A stretch of DNA of 64,000 nt from Convolutriloba macropyga. Taxonomy: Eukaryota. A program made the position numbers and the translations under genes. Below, one piece after another: positions 1-13,404 of the stretch. The notes beneath the pieces were generated by a model, which had not been told where the DNA came from, did not search any database, and worked only from the letters and a program-made list of their open reading frames with translations. Location: contig NC_134476.1 of assembly GCF_964194025.1 (NCBI RefSeq), positions 61,752,001 to 61,816,000 of the forward strand, given 5' to 3'. Position 1 is the stretch's first letter; each line of letters opens with the position of its first letter.

Positions 1-225
1 CTTGGACAAAAAGTGGAGATTCTGTCAGGTTTTTTAAATGTTTCTTGGGTTGGGCTTTTTGTTTCTACAAAACTACGAATTGACATTGGGCCAATACATT
101 ATCTGCATCATCTGAAGGCTGAAAGCTTGCTAATTTTTAGCCGGCAACTAAAAAAGTTTCTTAATATCAATCGAAAACAAGCATAGGCTGATCAGTTTTC
201 TTCGTCGTAAATGAAGTGAAGTAAC

Positions 226-301
226 CTGTCGAGTGAGAGGAGAGACTTTGTGTAGGTTGACGAAGTTGGCCATGGCTTCTGCATTCGTCATCATGATTAG
301 T
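226..301 (-). CDS. BBS1: BBS1 exon 6 (gene continues beyond left edge)
   Basis: ttttag|A CTA ATC...CGA CAG|gttact; encodes (K)LIMMTNAEAMANFVNLHKVSPLTRQ, like vertebrate BBS1 ..EMEAFVNQHKSNSIKRQ; phase fits exon 5. Confidence 0.85.
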
Positions 302-2892
302 CTAAAACATTCGTAGAGATACACGTATACTACAATCAACAAGAGCCAGTTGCCATTTAATACAGAATAAACTAACGGAAAAGGGAGAGTCGGCTGATCT
401 GTTTAAACAGCCTCAAAAACACCGAGTTTAAGATATCACATTCGCATTTATGAACCACAAATTACCCCACAAAAATTTCACCTCAACTACCTTAGCTCAA
501 AAACCTCTCTTAAACAGTCAAGTCACAGCATTAACGTACAGCATTTAATACCAACGGCATTTATTATTTTCAATTCAATCCAACTAAATCATTGACTTAA
601 GGACAATAGCCAGAGCCAAAAATTATTTCATCAGAGCTAACATGATTTGTGACATCTTGTAACATGATTCTTTAACCCGATTAAAATAATTACATGGTTG
701 AGGAAAGTACAGCAAACTTTTAAAGCAGTGTTCTAAATTTTTTAAAGATGAGAAAAAAAAACTTTACTTAATTGAGCATTTGCGACTTTAACAATAATTG
801 CTCAAATTTATATATTTAGTGTAGATTTGTATATGGGACAATATTAACAACAAAGGGTACTGCTGTGCAGAAAAGTAATTAACTCTAGGCGCTTCGAATG
901 CAAAATAATTACAACAATTTCTATACTTCGTTTCAGCGAACGCTTTCGATTATGATTCTCGCGTCTCTTCTGTTCCTACTCCAGGAGCTTTAGAAAAAGT
1001 TCTGAGACAAAAACCTTATCGCATTGATGTATATATTTTCTAAAAAAAAGTCACGACGATTTCCAAAAGAACAACATGACAGTAAAATTGACCATGGCAT
1101 CATCAACAAACGTCAGCCAGGATAACAAGTGCATGTAATTAGAAGGTTTAACAGCTCAACAATTAACTGTACCAATCCACCATGTAGGTAGGAACTATAT
1201 GCTCAACTGGTTTTCTTCTATTCATTCATCTCTGGCCAATCGATACACTCATCGTACAGAGTCGCAAGTAGCATCATTAGAAAGCTCGCCTAGCGTATAA
1301 TATAAAATTGAAAAGCTTTTTAATTTTTTTCCAAAGTGTTATAGATCAATAAAGATTTGTGGTTGATATATGGTTGATGTGGCAAATGTAGTTGATACAT
1401 TGAGTGTTTTTTAAATCATAGTATCTATTTAACATTTTTAATAATTAAGTGATTTTGGAAGAGCAGCAATAGCAGGTCTAGTTTTGGTCTAATCGTGGAT
1501 TTGTAGAATATAAAAGTTGTCTTTTTCAGCTTTTTTGCCGTTTTAGTTACAGGTCGGTATGATTTCAGCACAAAGCACATTATTGAGAATTGCGTGCAAA
1601 TGAGACCCAATAAATCCAATAAAACTTCAATGAAACGATCATTCTTACGAAAAGTTTAGGGTAACATTTTATTTGCATGCAATTATTACGAAATTTTGAG
1701 TTCTGCCTGTATTTGTGGTCATTTTGTAATTTTATGACTTATTCTCACTTATAACAGTTCCAACTGGCTTCCTAAAGAGTTATAATTTAATCTGTTTTTA
1801 ATAGAAAGCTCTTTAGTTAAAGATGGTTATGACTTCTAAAAGCATTTGCCTTCAAAAAAATAATGCATTTTTGAGCTATACCGCTTCAACTCATCTCTGA
1901 CATCTTGTAGCTTAATCTCAGTAAAGAGGGGTCACATCTTCTTTTGAATAAAGTAAAATTTGGCCTCAATTGTGGTTTTACTCTGAAAATGGTTTCTGAC
2001 ACTAAGAGTTATAGTTTTTTGGTAGGTTTGTGAGGTTCTTTTTAGTTCTCTTGTCACGTCACATTATCACGCTAATGACAGTTCACATAATTACTGAAAG
2101 ATGACACAATTCGACATATAAAACGTTTTTAAATAAATTCTGGTTTTGAGGGGTTTTACAGAGTTATCTCTGTTATTTTTTAATTATAACAGTATTTTTA
2201 GTTCTTTTCGTAGTCGTATCACATAATCTGATTAAAAGGAAAGTCTCAAAGGCTTCTAATGGAGTCACATACAAACCTATCGAATGATTGAAGCTGATAG
2301 ATAATAAATTTCATGAGTTAGAATTCTATTGTTTTGAAAAACGTAGGTGTTTTTTAAACTTTGCCCTTGCTGTTCTTTTCTTGTCTATTTGCGGATAATA
2401 TGTGAATTTTCTTACTTCCGGATTTGGTTATGAAAAATGAGCGTCAAAGTTTTTGAGAGAGAGAAAGAGCGCATGTACCAATAAACAGTAGACCTGGTAA
2501 CTAATATTATTAGAACAAAGTATAACATGGGGCTCTAAGAAATTGGAAATTTAAATAAAATCCAAAGAATCGAGAGGAAAAACTCACCTCTTTGACTTGA
2601 CCAGAACACCATTAGAAGATAAGCAACCATAAAAACCAGACAGTTCAACAAAATTAGAAAAATCAAGAGCACTCCAAGTGGTAGCTATTTTTTCGAATCA
2701 CATGTTGAATGACAGCTTTGGATCAAATGCAGTAAAAACAAAACCCTTACAAACTAGGAACATTCGTGGAAATATGCGGGCCGGCAGAGGCAGGAAATAA
2801 TGAAATTTTGGAATAGGTGAAACAATTTGATATTTGCAAAAATATAAGATTCGCTCTATCTACTTGGTCTCAATGTATCCGCCAATGTAACA

Positions 2893-3611
2893 AAGATGCT
2901 ATTGCCAATAATGGCTTGTATAATTTCATCATACTTCAGGCGTTAAAATCTTTATATTGAGCCAATATCTAACTAACCATTATTTGCAACCAAATTGCAA
3001 AAGAAAGCTGGGTGAACATTAAAGACAGAGGCATGAACAAAAAAATTGCCCAAACTCATGGAGCTGATGTCCCCAAGTGCTGTTAAAATTTATCTACTAA
3101 CTCGCAAAAATCAATGAAAAATAGCATGGCCCCAATAAATTGAATAACTGCATAACTTAAAAAATTGCAAGATTCACTACATATTTTTTTCGAAATGGTA
3201 TCAACAACAAAGAAACCTCAAAAACTGGAAACCAAGAAATGTCCACGAAACCAAGATGCTATTGCCAATAATGGCTTGTATAATTTCATCATACTTCAGG
3301 CGTTAAAATCTTTATATTGAGCCAATATCTAACTAACAATTATTTGCAACCAAATTGCAAAAGAAAGCTGGGTGAACATTAAAAACAGAGGCATGAACAA
3401 AAAAATTGGCCAAACTCACGGAGCTGATGTCCCCAAGTGCTGTTAAAATTTATCTACTAACTCGCAAAAATCAATGAAAAATAGCATGGCCCCAACAAAT
3501 TGAATAACTGCAAAACTTAAAAAATTGCAAGATTCACTACATATTTTTTTTCTAAATGGTATCAACAACAAAGATACCTCAAAAACTGGAAACCAAGAAA
3601 TGTCCACGAAA
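2893..3611. repeat. 360-bp tandem duplication (2 copies)
   Basis: aagatgctattgcc... recurs at 2893 and 3253 with few substitutions. Confidence 0.95.
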
Positions 3612-4560
3612 AACAGTTTTTAAGGAAGCACTTCTTCAATCAAAATTTGACCAGCTTAAATACCAGAACACTTTTAAAAAAATTGTGAAGAACTGTGCAA
3701 TTTTGGGCTCAAAACTTAAAGAAAAAACTTTTCACCTTGATTTTAAGCCTTCATAGCATCTTCAGCACAAAATAAAATTGAAATACTACTAAAATAGCAT
3801 AGGGCCTCTAATGAAACTTAATGACTACTCGGGCATGTTTCGGGCACCTTGCAATTTCGATAATTTACTAAATTAAAAACAAAATCTAAAAACCATAAAA
3901 ATTCAAAAAAAAAATTGCTGCCAAATGTTTCCAAACTATTAATCAAAAGGCTAGCAGAAAAGTTTGGACATTAAGGAGATATATAGAAAAAAAATATCGC
4001 AAAAACTGTTTAAAAACTTGAAAAAATTAACAAATAATACTAAGTTTCTGTGACTATGCACTCAGAAACGTTTCCCTGCTGCTAGAGTATATTCAGCAAA
4101 TCATTTATGATTTTAAAAGTTCTATTTGCTCATAAAGTTAAAAAGACAAAAAAAATTCCAAAAGCGAAAAAAATTGCATGTGACTTCAAATTTTGATGTT
4201 TAAATCGGCAGTAGCACAAAATGAAGGTCATGAAAATCGCTGAACATAAAAATTGTTTACCTCAAAGCCAAGAGATCAACAAAAATTGACCTCGGCAAGA
4301 AGCCAACCAGAAAAAACTGCACTTTTTTGGATTTAAAGACGTCGAAAAATGATCTTTTCACAATCAATGTTTTCCTTCGAATCAACTTCAGCACAAAATG
4401 CGCTTGAATGACAACCAGCATAAGCCCTCTAAAGAAACTTAATGCCCCCTGGGCTTTACCTTTAATCACATTTTGAATGCTGAAAGTCATCAAAGAATGA
4501 GTGAAAAGAATTAGTAAAAAAAGACAGAGCACAAAATTAATCCAAATTTTGAACAAAGCT

Positions 4561-4689
4561 GGATCTATTCTGCACCCCTCCCAGCATATAACTTTTACAA
4601 CCCCATCCCACGTGCTATTTTTGTACATAGTAACGCGCTATGTAACTGGGGGAACGAAAAACATTGGGGTCCGCAACAGAATAGATTCC
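4561..4689. mobile_element. MITE-like foldback element (also 6306-6434; related copy at 61322-61469)
   Basis: TIR GGATCTATTCTG / CAGAATAGATTCC; internal hairpin TACATAGTAACGCGCTATGTA. Confidence 0.6.
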
Positions 4690-4717
4690 GCAAGCTAATG
4701 AATTCATAGTCCCTCAC

Positions 4718-4872
4718 TTTTGAGACTTTGTTGATAGAGGCAAAGCTGTATTAGTTTCTTGTCCTCCTGAGCTGGCGGAACCTCCATTTGTAGCTGCCGA
4801 GTTGTTGTGTAACGTGGGATCAAGTCTCAGTGCCTCCAGTCTGTCTCGTAACTCACTCGCCGAGATCTGACC
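4718..4872 (-). CDS. BBS1: BBS1 exon 5 (copy a)
   Basis: catag|GGT CAG...CAA AA|gtgagg; GQISASELRDRLEALR...LPLSTKSQ resembles BBS1 IDPLTLKEMLESIR..PLSIQS; 155 nt, phase 0 to 2. Confidence 0.8.
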
Positions 4873-6462
4873 CTATGATTTAAAAACCAAAATGAGACCA
4901 CAATTCAAACAATCATTCATCACCAATTAAGAATCGCCATTTACAAAACTATAGAACTTCCTACACTACACAAACTCTGGCGAAGATTCTGCTAACGACT
5001 AACAGACTACATAAAGCATTGAAAAATTTAAGGTCGTGCACCTAGCGTCTATTAAATTGCACCTCTTAAGAACGAGTGAGGGCGACACGCAATCAACATC
5101 ACACAAACAAATATATTATGGTTATGAAAACCACCTTTACTAGTTTATATGTTGATTAGATTCATCAGAAATTGTCAAGTAGACAGTATATATTCACAAC
5201 ATGCGTAAACTCGAATAGCTGTCAGTATAATTTGATCAGCTTGAGATAATAGAAACAGAAACAATCAGCACATAGATCAAACCTTCCCAGCCATCTCCTA
5301 AAAGGCAGAAAAGGTAAAATCAATAACAAAGTCAGTAATCTCTTAAGCTGCGGCAAGTGTACCTCATGGAGTCGGGACAAAACACCCAATGCCAAAATAC
5401 CCAAAATAAACCAATATTTTACCCCAATGTAGAAAATATGGGAACGATTATTTAGCATAACATTGTCTAAGTTAGTTCTAGAACGTATTTAATTATATTT
5501 GTCAGGTTTTAAATGTAAAACTAGGTGCATTCGGCCATGCCTCAGCGGCCCATGATATGAAAACTATCACAACCGAACGTGGGATCCGCTTAATATGATA
5601 ATTTATCCGCTTAATATGATAAAACTTGATTGTAATACAGCCTGCAATCGGATTATTAAACGAAAAGATCAAAGGAAATTGGTATAACGACATTTCGTAT
5701 ATTGGCTCATTGGGTATCTAGGCACTGGTCGTATTGTCATGTAACGTACCTCAGGTAGTTACTCCTGAGGAGTCATTTTAAGGTGAGCAACTTTCTGCTC
5801 AAGTTTGACGAAGTGCAAAAGATACTTCACAGAATGGCCTGTTGAATAAAAGTTTCGATTTCACTAAGTACAAGCTTACCGGAGAAAACAAAAATTAAAT
5901 TATTCAATGCAATTGTATTTGCATGTGACTTCAAATTTTGATGTTTAAATCGGCAGTAGCACAAAATGAAGGTCATGAAAATCGCTGAACATAAAAATTG
6001 TTTACCTCAAAGCCAAGAGATCAACAAAAATTGACCTCGGCAAGAAGCCAACCAGAAAAAACTGCACTTTTTTGGATTTAAAGACGTCGAAAAATGATCT
6101 TTTCACAATCAATGTTTTCCTTCGAATCAACTTCAGCACAAAATGCGCTTGAATGACAACCAGCATAAGCCCTCTAAAGAAACTTAATGCCCCCTGGGCT
6201 TTACCTTTAATCACATTTTGAATGCTGAAAGTCATCAAAGAATGAGTGAAAAGAATTAGTAAAAAAAGACAGAGCACAAAATTAATCCAAATTTTGAACA
6301 AAGCTGGATCTATTCTGCACCCCTCCCAGCATATAACTTTTACAACCCCATCCCACGTGCTATTTTTGTACATAGTAACGCGCTATGTAACTGGGGGAAC
6401 GAAAAACATTGGGGTCCGCAACAGAATAGATTCCGCAAGCTAATGAATTCATAGTCCCTCAC

Positions 6463-6617
6463 TTTTGAGACTTTGTTGATAGAGGCAAAGCTGTATTAGT
6501 TTCTTGTCCTCCTGAGCTGGCGGAACCTCCATTTGTAGCTGCCGAGTTGTTGTGTAACGTGGGATCAAGTCTCAGTGCCTCCAGTCTGTCTCGTAACTCA
6601 CTCGCCGAGATCTGACC
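6463..6617 (-). CDS. BBS1: BBS1 exon 5 (copy b, from 1745-bp tandem duplication)
   Basis: Identical to 4718-4872 at +1745 offset, both splice sites intact. Confidence 0.7.
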
Positions 6618-7893
6618 CTATGATTTAAAAACCAAAATGAGACCACAATTCAAACAATCATTCATCACCAATTAAGAATCGCCATTTACAAAACTATAGA
6701 ACTTCCTACACTACACAAACTCTGGCGAAGATTCTGCTAACGACTAACAGACTACATAAAGCATTGAAAAATTTAAGGTCGTGCATCTAGTGTCTATTAA
6801 ATTGCACCTCTTAAGAACGAGTGAGGGCGACACGCAATCAACATCACACAAACAAATATATTATGGTTATGAAAACCACCTTTACTAGTTTATATGTTGA
6901 TTAGATTCATCAGAAATTGTCAAGTAGACAGTATATATTCACAACATGCGTAAACTCGAATAGCTGTCAGTATAATTTGATCAGCTTGAGATAATAGAAA
7001 CAGAAACAATCAGCACATAGATCAAACCTTCCCAGCCATCTCCTAAAAGGCAGAAAAGGTAAAATCAATAACAAAGTCAGTAATCTCTTAAGCTGCGGCA
7101 AGTGTACCTCATGGAGTCGGGACAAAACACCCAATGCCAAAATACCCAAAATAAACCAATATTTTACCCCAATGTAGAAAATATGGGAACGATTATTTAG
7201 CATAACATTGTCTAAGTTAGTTCTAGAACGTATTTAATTATATTTGTCAGGTTTTAAATGTAAAACTAGGTGCATTCGGCCATGCCTCAGCGGCCCATGA
7301 TATGAAAACTATCACAACCGAACGTGGGATCCGCTTAATATGATAATTTATCCGCTTAATATGATAAAACTTGATTGTAATACAGCCTGCAATCGGATTA
7401 TTAAACGAAAAGATCAAAGGAAATTGGTATAACGACATTTCGTATATTGGCTCATTGGGTATCTAGGCACTGGTCGTATTGTCATGTAACGTACCTCAGG
7501 TAGTTACTCCTGAGGAGTCATTTTAAGGTGAGCAACTTTCTGCTCAAGTTTGACGAAGTGCAAAAGATACTTCACAGAATGGCCTGTTGAATAAAAGTTT
7601 CGATTTCACTAAGTACAAGCTTACCGGAGAAAACAAAAATTAAATTATTCAATGCAATTGTATTAAGTCACGTACGTTATTCAGGTTAAATTTTGGTGGG
7701 GTTGCAAAAAACATTAATCAAAACTTTGGAAAAACAATTGAATTGGGCAATTAAAACCTGTTTTAATAGGAGAAGGTACGATCGGTTCACAGATCTCAAA
7801 CTTAAAAATTTTATCCAATTCTTTTCCTTTTAAAATATCGTTGCACAAACTATTTTTTCTCTTACTCAGCAACGATCTTCCAGTATATAAACA

Positions 7894-7897
<4 letters not shown>

Positions 7898-7938
<41 letters not shown>
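7898..7938. repeat. (TC)n microsatellite
   Basis: Direct reading. Confidence 0.97.
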
Positions 7939-7940
<2 letters not shown>

Positions 7941-10032
7941 AATGAGAATAAAATAACATGACAGGTCAAATAAAGTTAGGTTTGATTTAGGTTTGATATA
8001 AGGAACAATAAATTTTTAGCTGATTCTTCAGTTGCACTAACCATTCCAATCAATAATATTCTGCCCTCTAATATCAGACTGAAAACAACATCGAAAGCTT
8101 CCTTGAAAAAGGAATTAAAAGAAAATTTTTGAAGGATTTTTTGAAGGAACCAAGAAAAATTGATGTACAAGATGTCATTGAAAGCATACGAATTTAATTT
8201 TTATTTTAGTTCCTTAAATTACTAATTGAGTGATTCTCTTTTCAATTTTACATAACGATATATTCAAAACTTAACATTGCCTCTTCACTATTTGCATTTT
8301 ATTCTTATGTGTATTAAAGAAAATTAACATTTTTAACGTTTTTTTAATGAGCGAACAAATTTATAGTTATCATATATAGGAAATAAAAAACATTAAACAG
8401 CTTACGACAATCGAATTAACAAGAAGGATCGGCTCGTAAATTCTGCGCATTGCAAACAAAAACCTGACACACTCTGCAAAAAAATCAAAATGTGTTGAAT
8501 TAAGAGCGCTTGCCGTCAAAAATGCAATCATGAATGAAATCGCATTTAAGGCAAAAGTATTTTAAAACGAAAAGGTTGACGTCAAAGCACCGATTGACTA
8601 GATGAAGTTATCATAAAAACTTTTTGTTTTAGCCATAATTTTTTTCAAAAACTATATTGACTGCTGAAATGGGTCACAAACTAATTTGGCGTATTCGTAT
8701 TTGAATTGCACTTTTCTCAAGGTGCATGAAATTTTTATTCAGATCCGTACAATAGGTGTCACAATACAATTTTTTTGACAAAATATAGCGAGACCAGAAC
8801 TGAAATAAAATCTAAAGCTCTGCATCAAAAGCTTGAAAACCCTTGACTAGGCCATTCGACCAAATGTACAAATTGTGCATCTAATTAAAGAATAAAGTTT
8901 TACAAAGGAAGCAGATTAAACAAGACCACAAAGGACCGTTCTCAAAACTAGCAATTGATGGCTTTCTCAAGTTAAAAACAACAGGCACGAAACAAAAACC
9001 GACATTTAAGCAGCCTGAAAATAGTCAAATTTTCTTCACTAGCTGAAGGCAGACTTATATAAAACGATCAAAAAACACAAAAATTATTACTTAAAAACTT
9101 TGTTAAGATTGTTACGATCTGATTTTTGACTTCCAAATGCAATTTTGAACAATGAGCTACAAAAAGCGGCAATCTAAAAGCCATGTAAATGCCGCAGTAT
9201 GGGACGATAAAACACTGCCGATAACAATTCAAATAAATGCACCAAATAAGTTATCAAGTGTTCAGCTTCATACATACACAAACTAAAATGGATTGTTGGA
9301 TTTGCTTAGCGAAAAGTTTCAATTATTATTATCGCGTTCCCTTTGCTTCTCATCGAGCAGCCTTAACAAAACCAAAAACCAACCAAAAAAATAAAAATTT
9401 AACTCACGTGATGCGTATATTTTCTACAAAAAAATTGAAGATTTTCCAAGGAACATGACAGTAAAAATTATCATGACAGCATCAGGAACCATCTACCAGG
9501 ACATCAAGAGCACGTAAAAAGACAGTGTTCATCAGTTCAGCTAGAACATTTGAACAATGATTGCAAGCACAACATAGGCGAAAGATATTTGGACGTCAGC
9601 CGCGAAATAGCCTGTTGAAGCCCCCTAGTAGGAGAACGACCAATAGCCGACAAAATACAAAATATTTTCAATTTTAATGTCAGACGATGTCTTTAGCGCC
9701 CAGAGGGCATTAAGTTCTCTTAGAGCCTTACGGCCAAGCACTTTCTAAGAATGCGATTAACCAAAACGGTTTTGAGGAGAAAAATGGCAAAGAAGACAAC
9801 AGGACTAATATAATTGATACAAGCTTCTTTTGAGAGCAATTGAAAAGGAAAACAGATACTCGTTGGCAAAACCAAAAAAATTAATTTGATTACAGAAAAT
9901 GTTTTTCCCAGTTCTGCATCAGCAGTTACTCTACAACTTCTTAATTCATTTTTTGAAAAAAAATTTAAAACACCCAAGACTGCTCATGATAACAAGATGA
10001 AAATGAAACAGCTTAAAATTAACACAACTAAC

Positions 10033-10157
10033 ATCTCTGGTGAGATTCCAGTAGTGTTGTTCCAGCTGAGAGACAGGCAATGGAGGTAGGGTGTACTTGT
10101 AGAAGGGACGCATGTTCTTGTACACATACACACTCTGCCCACTGGCAACTGCTATTG
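10033..10157 (-). CDS. BBS1: BBS1 exon 4
   Basis: ttttag|CA ATA...AGA GAT|gttagt; AIAVASGQSVYVYKNMRPFYKYTLPPLPVSQLEQHYWN matches BBS1 [32 protein letters not shown]. Confidence 0.93.
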
Positions 10158-11291
10158 CTAAAAGACACAACACTAGTTCAATCAGAGAAAAAAAACGCAT
10201 TGAAAGTTGACAAAAAGTTCTGATATGGTCATCTATTTAAACTGTGACGGCCTTTAACTTCGTAGTATTTCACCATTTTGACTTTGAGACTACTTTTCAC
10301 CACACTCTTCACATAGCAACAAGGGCGAAAAAAGTTATTTCATTTTTCGGTGCTATTTTAGTCGGTGTTTAACTTGAGTATTCATCAAAAGCAGAAAACA
10401 TCGCCATTTTAACTTGATTTATAATCACTCAAAACGTCAAAACCAACCATTAAAACTTAAGAAAAGAGAGAATACGACTCAGGATAGGCCAGCTTCGTGT
10501 TCATACTGCTTCAATTTAAATACAATCATTGGGGAAAATAAAAAGGAAACCCCAATAAGCATTCGAGATTTAAACTTGAGATGACAGCATTAATTGGTAT
10601 TCTTTCCAAGGTCGCTCTTTGTCTGTACCCGTAAACGTTATCGACTCCTAAAAGCGACTGCTACAAGTCTTCGAAGCATAACCGAATAACGTCGAGCAAA
10701 CTGCTCTCAAACTAGTGGGGGCTTCAAACTCTGAAGACCCACCCTTCACGCTATAAATTTGTCTCCAAAACAGTTTCGGTGAATCGCGTAAATAGGAGTG
10801 CTTTCCCTGTTTATCCCATTTTGAGGACAAATAGTCAAATGGGTCAGAAGAAAAATCGGACATGCGAAACATCGAATAAACATAGCTGGCAGATTGCCAG
10901 AAAATAGCCGCAATAGATTTGTAGATCGGCAGTCTAAAAAAACTAAAAAAGACAGACCAAAAAATTTTGTCTTTTCATTGAAGGCTGATCTGTTATAATT
11001 TGATTAAAAATCTGTATAAGTTATTGTTGCCTCTATTAGCTGATCTCAAATAACCTTCATTTAGAGTGACACACACCCACAAGTGAGGAAGTCATTTTTG
11101 AGAGTGAGGTAAGTCAAAAGTGACCAAAAATTAATCACGCACATGAACAAAAAAAACTCGCTCCACTAAGCGAAAAATGACGTCACACATGCAATTCAGT
11201 TGAAATTGCATGAACGAATGAACAAAAAGCAGATTTTAAATGGTTGTGACGTCATATGGTCGTAACAAAATCTTGACGACGAAATAAAAAA

Positions 11292-12917
11292 CATAGCAGG
11301 ACAAGTCCTAACGTACAATTCAAAGAATTTTCATTGACTAAATAGAAAAACTAGACCTATAATGGACTATGAGTAAACTGAGAAAACCATTCTAAATTAG
11401 AACAAAAAATTAAAAATTAAACAGAAAATCAATGTCAAAATGCCACATGTGAACAAAAAAAACCACTAGCGAGAAATGAAAATTTAATTCAAACAAAAAA
11501 CAAGGCCTAGAATGAGCTGATAATGGATTGGAAAAACCATTCAGAAAAAAATCCGATCCAAAAAATCGAAAAAACAGTAAAAATCAGAGTGAAATTGCCG
11601 CATGTGAACAAAAAACCACTACCGAATTTTTGTTCAAACACCGTTTTCTCACTCTACTTTAAAATTAGAGCAAAACAATTCACGCCGCAAAACCACTCGC
11701 TTTTTCTCTCCATTTCCTGTTTCGGCGTGACCAAAATCACTACTCCAATTTGACTTCAAAAATCATGAAAATGTGTGAACAGATCTTAAAAAAAAACATA
11801 GCCGGAAGAATTCCGGAAACGACTCGAAGTGAAAATCAATATAAACGCCATCCAACTACTCATCAAACAAAACGTGCCTTCACTAGTTTATGATTATCTT
11901 GAAACAAAGTCATGAAACAAAATAGTAAAAACAATAAAATCAAATCTGTTAAAATATGATAAAAAATCTGATCAAATTTTGTTATAAATTGAGATCCCGA
12001 AAAAATATCTCTGCCAAAATAACTTCATCAAAACAACTAGTACTTACAAAAACCACTTATGTGAATATTGAGAAAAATACTTTGGGCTAAAATTATGAAA
12101 AAAATAGCTCAAACAACTTTCACTGAAAAACTGGAAAAAATTACTAAATTCTTTAATATTTCAAAAACATATAAATCCAAAGAAAAATTCCCTTCAGCCA
12201 AAAGGGTATCCAGATGCTCGCAAAACAATAGGCAAGTCATAATAGGCAAAGAAACTTAGCAAAAAACAGAAAAAAAAAGAAAAACTGCAAAAAATTAAGA
12301 AAAATAGTTCCAAATTTCGCTATTTTTTGTCATATTCCTCAACAAAAAAATGATTCTCACCCACAAAACTGTAACCAATTGTTATCATAAAATTGCTCAA
12401 GTAGAAGGGGTTTCTTCAATACCCATTTGAACCAGTAAAACAAAATAATCGTCAAGAAAACGCAAAAATTAGCCCGAAAATCAGCAAAATACATTAAAAA
12501 CCTCCGAATTATCATAAAATTCATATGAATTTCCAGAAACCTTCAAACCACTCCCGAAACCAGTCTAAAATTAAAACAAAATCATAATCAAACCTCTGAA
12601 CCAAAATAAATGAAAAAAACTGCTTTAAAATGCCGCACGTGAACGAAAAAATTTCGCTCGCTTAGAGAAAATTTTTTCACACATCAATTTCTCGCTCTCT
12701 CAAAAACAGCGGTATGAACAAAAACCACTCTCTTTTCGCTCCGCTCTTCACTTTTGTTCAGCAGCAAAATCACTCCAAATTTTTTCACGCGTTTCATTTC
12801 CCGCTTCAAAAATCACTCCAATAAAATTGATTAAAAAAAAAGGACTTCTCCAATACTCCTCTTCGAGTCGTAAAAAAGACAGCGCCCCAATACAATTCAA
12901 ATTCTTTGAATTGTAAA
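11292..12917 (-). mobile_element. HINE family D nested in A
   Basis: catag-AGGAC-aa-GTCCT; perfect 15-bp ATIR TACAATTCAAAGAAT (11314) / ATTCTTTGAATTGTA (12901). Confidence 0.78.
11797..12873 (-). mobile_element. HINE family C nested in D
   Basis: catag-CCGGAA-gaa-TTCCGG; perfect 11-bp ATIR ACGACTCGAAG (11819) / CTTCGAGTCGT (12861); empty site seen at 39010 and 44540. Confidence 0.78.
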
Positions 12918-13232
12918 AAACCAAGAGAAGGCCAATAATAGCCCCAGCTATCGTTGTACGGCTATTAATAAAGACCACAGGACTAATGTAATTGCTACAA
13001 AATTTGTCTGAGAGCAATCGTACGCTTGATATTCTTAACTACACAGCACTTATACAGAGGTGTTTGTATTTATACCACTAACCTTTTATGCAAAGTCAAG
13101 GGAAAATTTATGGAAAAAGAAGCTCTAAAGCGGCCCCTCACACAGGCTTTCAGCCTTTTGGTGCTCGCGCGGTATACATGAATGATGACTGTATTCTTTG
13201 TATATCGCAAACGAATTTATTATTATTATTAC

Positions 13233-13404
13233 CTGGAGTTCTGGGCATGTTGTTGTCAATGTAAAGAGCACAGATGCCAGTAGGGAAGTCCAGTATCTGG
13301 TTCTCCATCTTCATCTGTGTGCCTTGGAACACCTTCAGCTTCACTGAGACACCACTCGACTCCTCAGCCGCCAAGTCCAGCTTGCCAAAGTCAGCTAGGA
13401 TCAA
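13233..13404 (-). CDS. BBS1: BBS1 exon 3
   Basis: ttgcag|TTG ATC...CCA G|gtaata; LILADFG...KLKVFQGTQMKMENQILDFPTGICALYIDNNMPRTP matches BBS1 LVVGDLG..RLKVLKG..EPRTP. Confidence 0.92.

Larger units (their letters stand above)
4174..7664. repeat. 1745-bp near-identical tandem duplication containing BBS1 exon 5
   Basis: All ORFs repeat at +1745; only two substitutions spotted (5041/6786, 5046/6791). Confidence 0.97.
10881..12968 (-). mobile_element. HINE family A nested in B
   Basis: catag-CTGGCA-gat-TGCCAG-aa-AATAGCCGCAA ... cggctattaa with AATAGCC/GGCTATT terminal hairpin. Confidence 0.75.
10674..13018 (-). mobile_element. Non-autonomous Helentron/Helitron2-like element, family B (outer shell of nest)
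   Basis: ATIR aactgctctcaaac (10699) / gtctgagagcaat (13006-13018) plus terminal hairpins. Confidence 0.7.

Noticed and set aside
930-1160. Diverged similarity to 9310-9540
   Set aside because: Appears to be an old dispersed repeat with no definable ends
12840-13020. CRISPR-like or integron attC-like array of palindromes
   Set aside because: Eukaryotic intron; the units are non-identical and each pairs with a distant cognate left end, as expected for nested elements
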